Sequence record: LR756508.1
Reading direction: 5' to 3' (one strand)
Length of the DNA stretch: 64,000 bases
Position 1 is the first letter of the stretch. Each line of letters opens with the position of its first letter. Below are positions 44,642 to 55,264 of the stretch, in pieces. The notes under the pieces are model-generated. The model made no database searches. It worked only from the letters and a program-made list of their open reading frames with translations, and was not told the DNA's origin. The position numbers and the translations under genes were made by a program.

Positions 44642-45903
44642 TGTTTAAGATTAAAAGACCAAAAAGAGATACCACAATACTTTCTGGTGATCCTTGTGAA
44701 AACCGAGGTCTTGATGAAGTTCTTCAATTAAAGGTGGAGGGGGGAGAACTTCCAGTTTCTCCTGTTTGCGACAGTAATTTTGTTGATACAAGTTCTGTTG
44801 AATTTGAAAATAATTATTCTCCTACCGAACTGTTAGATGACCAGAGCGCTAACGCTGAGGACTTAGTAAATGAACTTTATCCTCCTGTTGAAGATTCTGG
44901 ATTTAGAGCTTTAAAGTCAAGAATACTTTTAAAATGGAGTGTTGATGATTGGATTCAACTAATATCTGGCGGGTCTGGAGTAAAACCAAAGGACCACGAC
45001 GTATTTCTAAAAATGTATCACACGCAGTCCCAGAAACTTCCAATATCATATGGTTTAGAGTTTTATCCACTTGGAGCTAAAAATACGTCATTTGGCGCTG
45101 GATTCAAACAGGGAGATGGAAGAGAAGGCCAGAACAGGTCGAAAGGCGCGACGTGGATCTTTAAAAATGCAGTTCAAGACAAAAGGTGGGTTAAACCTGG
45201 TGGAGATTTCTTAGAGAAAGATTCGGAAGGAAATCAGATACACGTTAAAAAACAATATGATTTTGAAGATCCAGATATAAATGTAAATATTAAAGATGTA
45301 TTCAATTACTGGAAAGAGCACGAAAATAATGGTCTTTTAATAAAGTTTTCTAAGGAAGTTGAAGATCTAAAATCTGACAGCTTTGGATCCGATAATTTCA
45401 CAGATCCAACCGAGTTATTTTTCTTTGGTTCTTTAAGTCATACGATCTATAAACCAGAACTGCTACTAGGGTTTGACGATCACGAGTGGAATACTAGCGG
45501 CGCAGATATGCTTCTTTACAACGATAGATTAAAACTCACTATAAGTAATTTAGAGGATGAATTCTTCGAGGGCGAAAAAATAAGACTCAGAGTAAATGTA
45601 ACAGAGCGATACCAAAATAAAAAGTATTTGGATAGAGACAATTACCATAAAAATAAAAGAACACCTAAATTTTTACCAGAAGGATCGTTAAAGTATTCTA
45701 TCGAAGACAATATAGCTGGAAAAACGATTATACCATTTTCAAAATACAGTCAGCTTAGCTTCGATCCAAATGGCTATTATTTCGATCTCGACTTGACGAA
45801 CTTTTATCCCGAAAGAACATACGAAATTAAATTTAAATTTGATGATCCTGTAGGTGGTTTCGAAGAGATTTATGACAATAAACACAAATTCAAGGTGAAA
45901 TAA
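44641..45903 (+). CDS. Virion structural protein (baseplate/tail region)
   Basis: Coupled to the gp6-like gene; KRDTTI...N.GLDEVL, NNGLLIK, HTIYKPEL pattern. Confidence 0.6.
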   Translation: MFKIKRPKRDTTILSGDPCENRGLDEVLQLKVEGGELPVSPVCDSNFVDTSSVEFENNYSPTELLDDQSANAEDLVNELYPPVEDSGFRALKSRILLKWSVDDWIQLISGGSGVKPKDHDVFLKMYHTQSQKLPISYGLEFYPLGAKNTSFGAGFKQGDGREGQNRSKGATWIFKNAVQDKRWVKPGGDFLEKDSEGNQIHVKKQYDFEDPDINVNIKDVFNYWKEHENNGLLIKFSKEVEDLKSDSFGSDNFTDPTELFFFGSLSHTIYKPELLLGFDDHEWNTSGADMLLYNDRLKLTISNLEDEFFEGEKIRLRVNVTERYQNKKYLDRDNYHKNKRTPKFLPEGSLKYSIEDNIAGKTIIPFSKYSQLSFDPNGYYFDLDLTNFYPERTYEIKFKFDDPVGGFEEIYDNKHKFKVK

Positions 45904-45904
45904 T

Positions 45905-46129
45905 ATGCCATTTGACATAAATGATCCAAGAGTCGAAAATGTCTTAGGTGAAATTGATGAAATTAGCCAGGACGACGTAGAAGAAGTGACGCGAGAGAGA
46001 AGAAATTATATGGTTTTTCTAGAGGGCCAGTCCTCCGAACAATTTCTGGGAATCTCGCTCCGAGAAAGATCTTTTGATTCAGGAGAGTTTAAGAAAGTAG
46101 TAAATACAGAAATTAAAGAGTTAACTTAA
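45905..46129 (+). CDS. Small structural-region protein
   Basis: 74-aa ORF ending FKKVVNTEIKELT, coupled to the next gene. Confidence 0.6.
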   Translation: MPFDINDPRVENVLGEIDEISQDDVEEVTRERRNYMVFLEGQSSEQFLGISLRERSFDSGEFKKVVNTEIKELT

Positions 46130-49100
46130 TGTCATTGGACTTAATTGACAACATATCAGAATTAGAACGAGGGGTTTTTTCTCCGTTTCGTGGAAGATAC
46201 CTTGAAAGTAACAGGTATGATAAGGCTTCAAGGAGTAAAAATCCTTCAAGCTTTGGAAATTCTGATTCTGATTTTGTAGAAGTTTCTATCTTTGATGGGG
46301 ACAGGCTTCTTTTAAACCAGAGTGTTGATAAGTCGTTTATAAAAGTCGAAGAAGGCAAAGCTCTTTTTAATGTAGGAAGACATATTCAGAACTCTAATCT
46401 TTCCGATGGTTCTAATTATATCCTACTTTACAAATTCCTTCGTGGAAGGTTAGGTTCTAAAGATGGTTTTAAGCTTTTTGTAGAAGAAGTTTCTCCTAGT
46501 GGAGATGAGATAAGAGTTTCGCCAGTTTTAGTTGGCAATCAAAACGTTGATACAACTGCCAGCGAGAGATTTAATAGTTTCTTTTCAAAAAGCTTCGAGT
46601 CTTACACATCTAATAGAAAGACAACGGCACTTAAGTTCATCACGAACTTCGGCAACAACATTTATTATCATATAATTAACTGGCAGGTAAATTTTGACAA
46701 CTCGGATGGTGTCGATTCAGTAATTTTAAAACTTTTAAACCCCGTCGGGGATCAAATTACAGTTGGAGACGAATTCTGGATTGACGAAGAACTAGCTAAC
46801 CCTTATCTTGATAGATTTACTTACGAGACAGTTGATCAAGAAAGAGAGGGTCAGGTTTTAAGGGGTCCTAATTTTTCTATTGATACGTTTCGAAATGAGG
46901 AGCAAGACACAGGTTTTCAAACCTGGGATTCGCTCATAGAGTCTCAAGGCGATTCTTCCTCAACTACTCAAAGCCTGGTTAACAAGTTTTTAAATCAAGA
47001 CACAGAAAAAGTAGACTTAAATGTCAACTACAACGACTTTGATAACTTTGTTAAATTTTCCTCTGCGGAAGAACGAATTAAAAATTTTCGGTACAAACTA
47101 AGGGTTATTCAGGAGTATCAAAAAGAAATTGAAAAAATTCAAAAAGACAGTCCGTCTTATGATAACTTGAAAGACGACTCATTCACATCCAATATATTAA
47201 AAGAAAACAAAGAAAAGGTAGCAGATACTATTAATACCTTTGATAATTATGAAGAGTGGCTTTTTAATGCCGATTCTGATAAGTATCAAAATACATATCC
47301 GAAAGAAGGTGGGAAACTCAAAGACATAAATTCTAGCGAGGCGCAGGAGTGGTTTGATCGAGTCATTAAAGAGGCGAGTAGATACGACGAGAAAAACAAT
47401 GACAGGCTCGTCAACAATATTCCTGCATTTATTAAGGAAGATCCAGAAAACGAAGGGTTTACTTTGTTCTTGGAGATGATCGGGCATTTTTTTGATCTTA
47501 TGTGGATCTACATCGATCACATGAAGTATACTTCTGACAGAACTGAAGACATAAATAAGCTTGAATCACTCTCTAAAGATCTATCTCAGTACGTCGCTAA
47601 AAGTTTTGGGTATGAAACTTATAATGGGTTTGACAGTCAGGACTTAGTTGACTTTGGGTTTAAACAGGGGGAGGAAGAAGAGATTGAGTATATATTTAGC
47701 CCTTTACATGGATCGGGTTCTGACTTAGATAATTATGGCGAGTCTACTCAAAAAGTATTTCCTGAGCAAAAGCCAACTGGAATCGATAAATTTAGAGAGT
47801 CGGGAGAAGATATACAGAGGCAGATTTGGAGGAGGGTGTTAAACACGATTCCACACTTATCCAAAACAAAAGGAACAGAACGGTCGATCTCAGCTATTCT
47901 TTCAGCCTATGGAATCCCAAAAAGTGCACTAACCGTAAGAGAGTATGGTGGAACTCAATTAAATCATATTGATACGCTATATGAGTTTACCGATGAAACG
48001 CATGGTTTAGGTTTCGTAAGTGGGGAGTGGGTTGAAATCCCATTTGGGCAGCCGAACACACAGTTTGTTGGATCTGCTTCAAACTGGAGTAAGGCCATGG
48101 ACTTTCACAGGAATCGGCCTAACAGTATAGAGGTTAGGTTTAAAAGTGAATACGTCGGACCCGAAAAACTAGCTCTTATGGAGATTCAACAGACAGTTTT
48201 AGTAACTGCAGAGTCGCATTCAGCTTTTGATAAACCCTGGGGTCAAATAAGAGTATCAATATTTGACGAAGATGGTCTTAAAGACTCTTTCAAGCTTGGT
48301 GGAATGCCGAGCAAAGATCATCCAAACGGACCTATTCCTATTTTTGACGGGAACTGGAACAATTTAGTTTTAAATATTAATCCTGACGAGTATGGAGTAA
48401 GTGCCTGCATTCAAAAAAGGTCGAGGTTTGGGAATTTAATGTTTTTCCGAAAAAACGGAACAGGAACTGGATCTTTTGATAACACAGACTTTCCTATTTT
48501 CGAGCAAGAGGTAACAGGTACAGACGTTTCAAACACCGACTTTCCGATCTTTGATAAAACTACTAGTAGTTTAGCACAGAGGTTTATCAAAGCTGATAAC
48601 ATATATCTTGGGGGCCGCCCACTTAATCTATTTGAATCAGATCCAGATAACAATTTATCAGATACTCAAATTCCGCAAGGTAGTCTTAGAAAGTTTTACT
48701 CGGAGTTTAATGGAGACATTGACAATGTCAAACTATGGAAAGATCCGCTGCCAAGAGAACAGTTTGATGAGCACACGCTGGGGCCAGCCAAATACGATTG
48801 GGATAATGAAATCTTTATTCGAGAAGATGAAAAACAGAAGCTTTACAGCAAAAACTATACGATAAACCGCAAACTTATTGGACATTTAGACTTTACACAT
48901 GCCCATGATTTAGCGGATGAAGATATCATTTACAATGAGTCTCCAAATAAAGAGTTTTTGGATAATGAAATAAAGAAAGCGGTAGCTGTGGGATATTCGA
49001 CTATAAACGAATACCCTTACCAGTATGACAGGTACACGAGGACAAATTTTATTTATTCTGTTAAAGTTGGGGCTACTGCTCTTCACAGCGAAAAAATCCG

Positions 49101-50331
49101 AATCGAGGATAATCAGTTAATAGGAAACCTTTCCTCTGATAAGAAAAAAGAGATTGGATCTCTCGATGAAATTATAAAAGATTCACCGAAACTCGGAATA
49201 TTCTTCTCGCCACAGAAAGAGATTAACGAAGATATTCTTCTTTCGATAGGTGTTGATAATTTAAATGACTTACTTGGAGATCCAAGAGATAATGCGAGGA
49301 AAAATTATCAAGATCTTAAAGCCTTTAACAGAAAGTACTGGATTAAGTATCCAAGACCTTACGACTTTGAAGAGTATATTGATTATGTAGCTCAGTTCAA
49401 CAAAGCCTTTTTCAAACAGGTTCGAGATCTCGTTCCAGCAAGAGTTGATTTGAGAGACGGTCTTCTTATAAAGCCACACCTCTTGCAAAGAGACAAGGTA
49501 GATGAAACGAAAGTTAATCTTGACCAGGAGAAAAAAGGAGATAATATAGACTTAGATGTTCGCGATTTACCAAGCGAGTCTCAAGTTGATGAGGCAGAAA
49601 GAGGAGTAAAAGACGTTTTTGAAGAGGTTGATCCCGATGCTCGCGATTCAAGTTTTACAAATGTAAAGACGTTCACGGCGTTTCCAGATTACAGGTATGC
49701 AGGAAACTTTGATCCAGATACTAATTTCCAGACGAAAATTGAATATACACTAGAAGAACGGTTCGAGGACTTTGATAGAAGCGATTATGAAAATGCCCAA
49801 GACAAAGAGGCTTACTTAGAGAGCAGGACATTCAACTGTAGTCTTCGAAGAGTTTATCGCAGGCTTCCATTTAAAGAATTCGTGGGGAGAAGAATTCAGC
49901 CGATTAATAATCCAGAAGAATACTTTCACAATAATTATGCGTACTTCTACGGAAACACCTTCGTCTATGGAGATCCAGCGGCACAAAGCCTTCCGCCTTA
50001 TAACGGGCAGCCTCAGTATGCTGGCATTTATGGAATTTGTAGCTTTTATAGTGGAGGCGTTGATCCAATTGATGAAAACTTGTTTGTGCCTGACAATTTT
50101 GGGGGCACAATAAGAAAACCGAGGTATCCTTACGCCAGAAACAGGCATTACATTTACCACAGAGAGTTTCGCACTTCAGTGAAGAGAATGAAATTTAGAG
50201 GTGTGGTTAGTGATTCTTCCACATCAATAACAGACGAAGGTCCAGTTGACGTAACCTTCAGTTCTCCAGATAGGCTTGTTGTTGACCCGGCTGATCAGGA
50301 TGAAAGTGGAACGATTTTGGAAGTTGAATAA
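46129..50331 (+). CDS. Large baseplate/tail structural protein (1400 aa) with LamG-like segment
   Basis: FSSAEERIKNF, FLEMIGHFFD, KTKGTERSI, LTVREYGG; LamG-like IEVRF...WNNLV...FNGDIDNVKLW. Confidence 0.7.
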   Translation: MSLDLIDNISELERGVFSPFRGRYLESNRYDKASRSKNPSSFGNSDSDFVEVSIFDGDRLLLNQSVDKSFIKVEEGKALFNVGRHIQNSNLSDGSNYILLYKFLRGRLGSKDGFKLFVEEVSPSGDEIRVSPVLVGNQNVDTTASERFNSFFSKSFESYTSNRKTTALKFITNFGNNIYYHIINWQVNFDNSDGVDSVILKLLNPVGDQITVGDEFWIDEELANPYLDRFTYETVDQEREGQVLRGPNFSIDTFRNEEQDTGFQTWDSLIESQGDSSSTTQSLVNKFLNQDTEKVDLNVNYNDFDNFVKFSSAEERIKNFRYKLRVIQEYQKEIEKIQKDSPSYDNLKDDSFTSNILKENKEKVADTINTFDNYEEWLFNADSDKYQNTYPKEGGKLKDINSSEAQEWFDRVIKEASRYDEKNNDRLVNNIPAFIKEDPENEGFTLFLEMIGHFFDLMWIYIDHMKYTSDRTEDINKLESLSKDLSQYVAKSFGYETYNGFDSQDLVDFGFKQGEEEEIEYIFSPLHGSGSDLDNYGESTQKVFPEQKPTGIDKFRESGEDIQRQIWRRVLNTIPHLSKTKGTERSISAILSAYGIPKSALTVREYGGTQLNHIDTLYEFTDETHGLGFVSGEWVEIPFGQPNTQFVGSASNWSKAMDFHRNRPNSIEVRFKSEYVGPEKLALMEIQQTVLVTAESHSAFDKPWGQIRVSIFDEDGLKDSFKLGGMPSKDHPNGPIPIFDGNWNNLVLNINPDEYGVSACIQKRSRFGNLMFFRKNGTGTGSFDNTDFPIFEQEVTGTDVSNTDFPIFDKTTSSLAQRFIKADNIYLGGRPLNLFESDPDNNLSDTQIPQGSLRKFYSEFNGDIDNVKLWKDPLPREQFDEHTLGPAKYDWDNEIFIREDEKQKLYSKNYTINRKLIGHLDFTHAHDLADEDIIYNESPNKEFLDNEIKKAVAVGYSTINEYPYQYDRYTRTNFIYSVKVGATALHSEKIRIEDNQLIGNLSSDKKKEIGSLDEIIKDSPKLGIFFSPQKEINEDILLSIGVDNLNDLLGDPRDNARKNYQDLKAFNRKYWIKYPRPYDFEEYIDYVAQFNKAFFKQVRDLVPARVDLRDGLLIKPHLLQRDKVDETKVNLDQEKKGDNIDLDVRDLPSESQVDEAERGVKDVFEEVDPDARDSSFTNVKTFTAFPDYRYAGNFDPDTNFQTKIEYTLEERFEDFDRSDYENAQDKEAYLESRTFNCSLRRVYRRLPFKEFVGRRIQPINNPEEYFHNNYAYFYGNTFVYGDPAAQSLPPYNGQPQYAGIYGICSFYSGGVDPIDENLFVPDNFGGTIRKPRYPYARNRHYIYHREFRTSVKRMKFRGVVSDSSTSITDEGPVDVTFSSPDRLVVDPADQDESGTILEVE

Positions 50332-50370
50332 TAATTTAAATGATTGGGAAGAAAATTTGAAACCACACTC

Positions 50371-50378
50371 TACTTATA
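50371..50378 (+). promoter_or_regulatory. Candidate phage promoter core TACTTATA
   Basis: TAYTTA motif 42 nt before the endonuclease ATG. Confidence 0.4.
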
Positions 50379-50412
50379 GATGGTTATTATTTATTAACGG
50401 TTACTAAAAGTT

Positions 50413-51417
50413 ATGCTTGAAATCAATACCAGAGATGAAATCCTGCGGCTGTATTCTGAAGAAAAGTGGATTATGGGTAAACTCGGAAGAGAAAGCGAGT
50501 TTTCTTTCCAGAAAGTAAGGAACCTTGTAATTGAGAGTGAAGAGGTAGAAAAAAGGTCACATAAAGAGGCTTGTAACACCCAAAACTTTAAAGAGGCTCT
50601 TCATGAGGCTAATCAAGGAAGTGAACTTTCTGATGAGCACAAAGAAGCTATTAGTGATGCGATAAATAGCTCCGAGAAATTCGAGGAGGCGATGAAAAAT
50701 CAAGGAAAAGTGAAAGACATATCTAACGAGAAGCTGAAGAAATTGTACTTTGAAAACGATGAAAACGCTCGGAAAGTGTCTGAGTTCGTTGATTTAACCC
50801 ATAGGCATGTTTTGAACAGGCTTAAAGAGGTTGGCGTTGATACGAGTCAAGATGAAGCTTGGAATAAAGGTAGAGCGTGGAGCGAAGAGTACAAGGAAAA
50901 AATGAGTAAAATCCGAAAAGGAAAAACCTGGGAAGAGATATATGGTGAAGAGCGTGAGCAGAGACTGCGGGAAAACAACGGCGAGAAAATAAGTAAAGCA
51001 AAAATGGGACATGAGGTCTCAAAAGAAACTAGAAGAAAACTTAGGAAAGCAAGAATTGAGCAGTTAAAAGAGATAAAGGGAGAAGGCCAATTATCTCCCT
51101 GTTACAATCTAGACTCTATTGAGATTATCGAACAATTAGGCGATAAGTTAAACTGCTCATTTCAACATGCCGAAAATGAAGGTGAGTTTTTCATTGAAGA
51201 ACTCGGGTATTGGGTAGATGGTTACGATGAAAACAAGAACATTGTTCTAGAGTATGATGAAGATTTCCACTTTAAAAACGGAAAACTTCAAGAGTCGGAT
51301 CAGAAACGAATGAACGAGATCATTAACTATTTGAACTGTGGATTCATTCGTGTAAAAGAGGAAAGTGGCAAGATCTATATGACTAAGAACCTTGAAAACA
51401 AAATTATTAAAGAATAA
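50413..51417 (+). CDS. Free-standing homing-type endonuclease (NUMOD3 repeats + C-terminal nuclease)
   Basis: AWNKGR..SEE.KEKMS, KGKTWEEIYG, GHEVSKETRRKL; C-terminal QHAENEGEF...YWVDGYD...VLEYDEDFH. Confidence 0.78.
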   Translation: MLEINTRDEILRLYSEEKWIMGKLGRESEFSFQKVRNLVIESEEVEKRSHKEACNTQNFKEALHEANQGSELSDEHKEAISDAINSSEKFEEAMKNQGKVKDISNEKLKKLYFENDENARKVSEFVDLTHRHVLNRLKEVGVDTSQDEAWNKGRAWSEEYKEKMSKIRKGKTWEEIYGEEREQRLRENNGEKISKAKMGHEVSKETRRKLRKARIEQLKEIKGEGQLSPCYNLDSIEIIEQLGDKLNCSFQHAENEGEFFIEELGYWVDGYDENKNIVLEYDEDFHFKNGKLQESDQKRMNEIINYLNCGFIRVKEESGKIYMTKNLENKIIKE

Positions 51418-51466
51418 AGTTATAAAATACTTAAAAACTAGCCTTAAAACCAAATAGAGAAAAAAA

Positions 51467-52105
51467 ATTGGATATTTACAATCTGAGGAGATATCAATCG
51501 AAGCAATACTAACGACAGCGGGAAAAGAAAAAATTGCAAACGGGGAGTCTCTAGGCATCACTCGTTTCGCCCTGGCTGACGATGAAGTGGATTATTCACT
51601 CTACCAGGCAGAGCACCCTAGCGGAAGCGAGTTTGCAGGGGACGTAATCTTGAACATGCCCCTCTTTGAAGCTTTTGTGGACGAGACGCAGGTAATGCGC
51701 TACAAGCTCGTATCGCTCCCTAAAAATACAGCAAGGGTTCCGATTATTACCGTATCGAACCAGAACTTCACGTTTGAGGGTGCAGAAATTCAGGGAAGTA
51801 TTAATCCTTCCACGAAAAACGGCTCGAATGGAACGCTAGGTTATACTGCTATTGTTCACGACTCAGACGTTGTTGATATCGGAGTGGCACAGGGAGGTTC
51901 TGTCGATACGACGACTGGCACGATCCCTACCTTCCTTTCTGATACCGATGAACGCACGACCGAGACTGTAGTGGGAAGAAGGTTTGTATTGACTTCCAGA
52001 GCAGTTGCCCAGACGTCAAACACAAAAGTTACGATTATTGGAAATGAAACAGGTGGAACTGTTCTTATCGATGTTACAGTAAGACCTGACGATTCAGTTA
52101 CTTAA
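51467..52105 (+). CDS. Virion structural protein (probable ATT start)
   Basis: In-frame GYLQSEEISIEAILTTAGKEKI...ITRFALADDEVDYSLY lies upstream of the track start 51587; in-frame TAG at 51455. Confidence 0.7.
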   Translation: MGYLQSEEISIEAILTTAGKEKIANGESLGITRFALADDEVDYSLYQAEHPSGSEFAGDVILNMPLFEAFVDETQVMRYKLVSLPKNTARVPIITVSNQNFTFEGAEIQGSINPSTKNGSNGTLGYTAIVHDSDVVDIGVAQGGSVDTTTGTIPTFLSDTDERTTETVVGRRFVLTSRAVAQTSNTKVTIIGNETGGTVLIDVTVRPDDSVT

Positions 52106-52149
52106 TTTTTAAGTTTTTTGAAAGTTGACTTTAAATTTGAAGAGATACT

Positions 52150-53598
52150 ATGCCGATACCACCTGACGTGTTATCTCAGCTTCAACAGACGCTTCAAGCT
52201 GAGGATGCAGAAAACCTTTCTCCAGAGCAGATAATTCAAATTGTGAACTCTGGATTAGATGACGAGGACAGGTTTGTTGAAACTGATCAAGATGCCCTGG
52301 CTCAAAACATTCCAGACAGCGTCTTTAAGAGATTTGATAGGGACGATATAGTAAGAAATAGAAGACAAATTGTGACCCAGGGGGTTTGGTCAGGAGGAAC
52401 ATCCAAACTCACTCAAGACGAAATGCACCTTTCTAGCTGCCAGCAGTCTGAGGTTTCAGGCAGATATTTTCATGAAGTGTGGGATTCTAATCCAGACACA
52501 GGACAAGACGTTGAAGCTGCGAGAATTCAATTTTACGTTTCTTATGGCCACAGGTCGGGAAGTGGCTCCTTGAACATTTCCAGTTCAAATCCGGATGCAT
52601 TGGAAGTAACGAAGGCTACTTACGCACAATATAGAAACGTTCTGCTTCCACAAAACCAGTCTCAATTTGAGTTTGGAGATGCCGCTGAAGCACCCGACGA
52701 TTTCTATGCGATAAACATAGCAAGGGCAAGATATAAAGAAGTTTTTGATCCAGGCAACTGGGAGCTGACTTTAAAGTTTGAAGATCCCCACGACTCTGGT
52801 GGAAATAATTACAGCACTGCTACGCTAGTTGATGAAAGTGCTGAAACCGACTTCCAAAACGAACTTTCAACAACTGGAAAGGTTGGAAGAGAGTTGGACG
52901 TGGTTTCCGGTTCTTTAAATTTGGATACGAATAACCCACCCGACGCCATTCAACCTGACGAGGACCTTTTGGATGGAACGAAAACGTATGGAAAGTTTTA
53001 CCCGGATGTTGGAATTATTCTTTTGAATCCTAAAGCTCTCGTTGAGCACGCCGAGAAAATCTACCAAAATGGGCCGAAGCGTGAGTATAAGACTATCAAT
53101 GATAGCGACCAGTGGGTTTACGAGCACCCTACTGTCGCCAACCCGACGCCTGACGAGGCGCTTGAAAATTACATTGATAAACTGATTGCAAATAACACGT
53201 TTAGCGACCGCTCTTCGTATGAGGTTGAAGGAATGGCTCGCGCAGAATCTATTAAACCTGACCTTGGAACCGACTCGTATAAGTTCAATCATGCGAAGCT
53301 TTTTGAAGTTATTAATGCTGGTGGGAGCTTTATTGGTAGGTCTCTGGAGGAGGTAAACTCGACTCACTTCTTCGTTCGAGTTCGAAATCGAGATTATAAT
53401 TTTTCAAATAATCCAACCTATTCAACCAATTCCGGAGAATTTGCTCAATCTTCATTCTTTAAAGATCCGAAAGTTTATCCTACAACTGTTGGATTGTATG
53501 ATGATGATAATACGCTGGTAGCGGTTGGTAAGCTTTCAAAACCAGTGCAGAAAGATTTCGGCAGAGAGCTACTTTTAGAAATTAAGTTAGATTTTTAA
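52150..53598 (+). CDS. Virion structural protein (tail/baseplate)
   Basis: NFSNNPTY, C-terminal TTVGLYDDDNTLVAVGKLSKPVQK...IKLDF. Confidence 0.65.
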   Translation: MPIPPDVLSQLQQTLQAEDAENLSPEQIIQIVNSGLDDEDRFVETDQDALAQNIPDSVFKRFDRDDIVRNRRQIVTQGVWSGGTSKLTQDEMHLSSCQQSEVSGRYFHEVWDSNPDTGQDVEAARIQFYVSYGHRSGSGSLNISSSNPDALEVTKATYAQYRNVLLPQNQSQFEFGDAAEAPDDFYAINIARARYKEVFDPGNWELTLKFEDPHDSGGNNYSTATLVDESAETDFQNELSTTGKVGRELDVVSGSLNLDTNNPPDAIQPDEDLLDGTKTYGKFYPDVGIILLNPKALVEHAEKIYQNGPKREYKTINDSDQWVYEHPTVANPTPDEALENYIDKLIANNTFSDRSSYEVEGMARAESIKPDLGTDSYKFNHAKLFEVINAGGSFIGRSLEEVNSTHFFVRVRNRDYNFSNNPTYSTNSGEFAQSSFFKDPKVYPTTVGLYDDDNTLVAVGKLSKPVQKDFGRELLLEIKLDF

Positions 53599-53763
53599 AT
53601 ATTTTGTGCATTTGAGCAAAAAAATACTCAAAATTAACTCAAATTTCTGATAAAAGAGCGTATAAATTATTGATTAACTGGCGTGCTTAATTTTGAGGTA
53701 GAATAAAATAAAAAAGTGTTTTTAGTTAAAAACAAAAGAGATTGTAACAGTCTATAAAATAAG

Positions 53764-55119
53764 ATGAATGGGATAAGTGAGAGCAGAGTTACAAAAAGTG
53801 AGATATGCAGCTTAGTTGAAAACAACTTCTCATTAAATCTTGATCACACTAACAAAAGGTTTTACGTTTATGGGCTTTTCTACGAAGAAGAAAATCAAAA
53901 AGTATGTTTTTATATTGGAAAAGGAACGGATGATCGCTATAAAGCTCACTTCACTAATTTTTTCTTAGAAGAGCACTGTTACAATTCGCATAAAAATAGT
54001 AAAATAAAAAAATTAAAAAAGGAAGATAAAGACCCTTACTCCCAAATTTTATATGAGGGTTTGAGTGAAAGCAGGGCGCTTGACATCGAAGAGTTTCTGC
54101 TTAAAAGAGATCATGTTTTTAAAAACTTAACCAATATCTTAAGAGAAAATTTCCCTCTTTCTGGAGAAGACCATCCAATGTATGATGTGGGACACTCTCA
54201 AGAGACGAGGGAGAAAATGTCAACTATTGAACGCGAAGTAGTAGAGAAGATTAACTGGCTCGCTAAAAATTCAATATTAACAAACAAAGAAATTGCTAAA
54301 AAGCTCAATGTTTCAGTTTATGCAGTCGGGGACATAAAGTATGATCGAATGCGCTCATACATTCAGAATACTAGAAAACCTGAATGGTATGACGAAGATT
54401 ATGAAAAGAAAATTAAGCAGCAGAGAAGAGAAAAACGCACTGATATTTCAAAGCAGGAAGTTAGAGAAATCCGCTGGCTGAGAGAGGAAACAGAAGCAAC
54501 CCATAAGAAAATTGCTGAAAATTATGATTATGTTAGTGGCATAATTTGCGCTATTGCCAACAAAACTAAGCTAGGCCATATTGAGGGAATAAAACGGCCT
54601 TCTTGGGTCGATAATCAGTTTATCAAAAACGCCAGACAGTCTCGTGAAAACTATATGTCAGGAGAGAGAAACCCAAGTAATGTTCTCCTAGACGAAAAAG
54701 TAAAAGAGATAAAATGGTTACTTAACAATACTGAGTTGACTCACAAACAGATTGCTAGTCCGTATGGTGTTTCCTTCACACTGATCTCTGCAATAAATTT
54801 GAGAAGGGCAAGATCTTATATTAAAGATACAGAAAAACCTGAGTGGTATTCTGAAGAGAAAGAAAAAGAAGTAATTCAAGAGAAACGTCGAAAGTTTAAA
54901 AGAAACAGTGATACTGTTAAACTTACGGACAAAGACGTAAGAGAAATTAAATGGCTTCTTGAAAATACTGACTTCTACCAGAGAGTTATCGCAGAAAGGT
55001 ATGATGTCTGGTCTACCCAGGTGAGCCATATTAAAAACGGAAGGTCTAGATCAGATATTAAAGGAACCAAAAAACCAGACTGGTTCGAGTCAGAAGAAAG
55101 CTGCACAGAGCTAACCTAA
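53764..55119 (+). CDS. GIY-YIG homing-type endonuclease with four tandem HTH modules
   Basis: FYVYGL...FYIGKGTDDRYKAH, E..L, LTN; four V(R/K/E)(E/K)IxWL...IA...KPxW repeats. Confidence 0.8.
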   Translation: MNGISESRVTKSEICSLVENNFSLNLDHTNKRFYVYGLFYEEENQKVCFYIGKGTDDRYKAHFTNFFLEEHCYNSHKNSKIKKLKKEDKDPYSQILYEGLSESRALDIEEFLLKRDHVFKNLTNILRENFPLSGEDHPMYDVGHSQETREKMSTIEREVVEKINWLAKNSILTNKEIAKKLNVSVYAVGDIKYDRMRSYIQNTRKPEWYDEDYEKKIKQQRREKRTDISKQEVREIRWLREETEATHKKIAENYDYVSGIICAIANKTKLGHIEGIKRPSWVDNQFIKNARQSRENYMSGERNPSNVLLDEKVKEIKWLLNNTELTHKQIASPYGVSFTLISAINLRRARSYIKDTEKPEWYSEEKEKEVIQEKRRKFKRNSDTVKLTDKDVREIKWLLENTDFYQRVIAERYDVWSTQVSHIKNGRSRSDIKGTKKPDWFESEESCTELT

Positions 55120-55264
55120 TCAAAAAAAAAATAATTTCTGTTCAATCCAACGCACTCCCAGCCAAAACTCAAGTATACAGAAGAGGGGTAAAAAAGCAAA
55201 ATAACAAAGTCTACACAAAAAAGAGAAAAGTAGTCGCCATGTAAACCTGCAACTGAGAGTAGCA

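Noticed and set aside
48478-48560. Duplicated NTDFPIF peptide in the 1400-aa protein
   Set aside because: A short local duplication with synonymous divergence; no sign of a DGR template/variable repeat pair or a reverse transcriptase.
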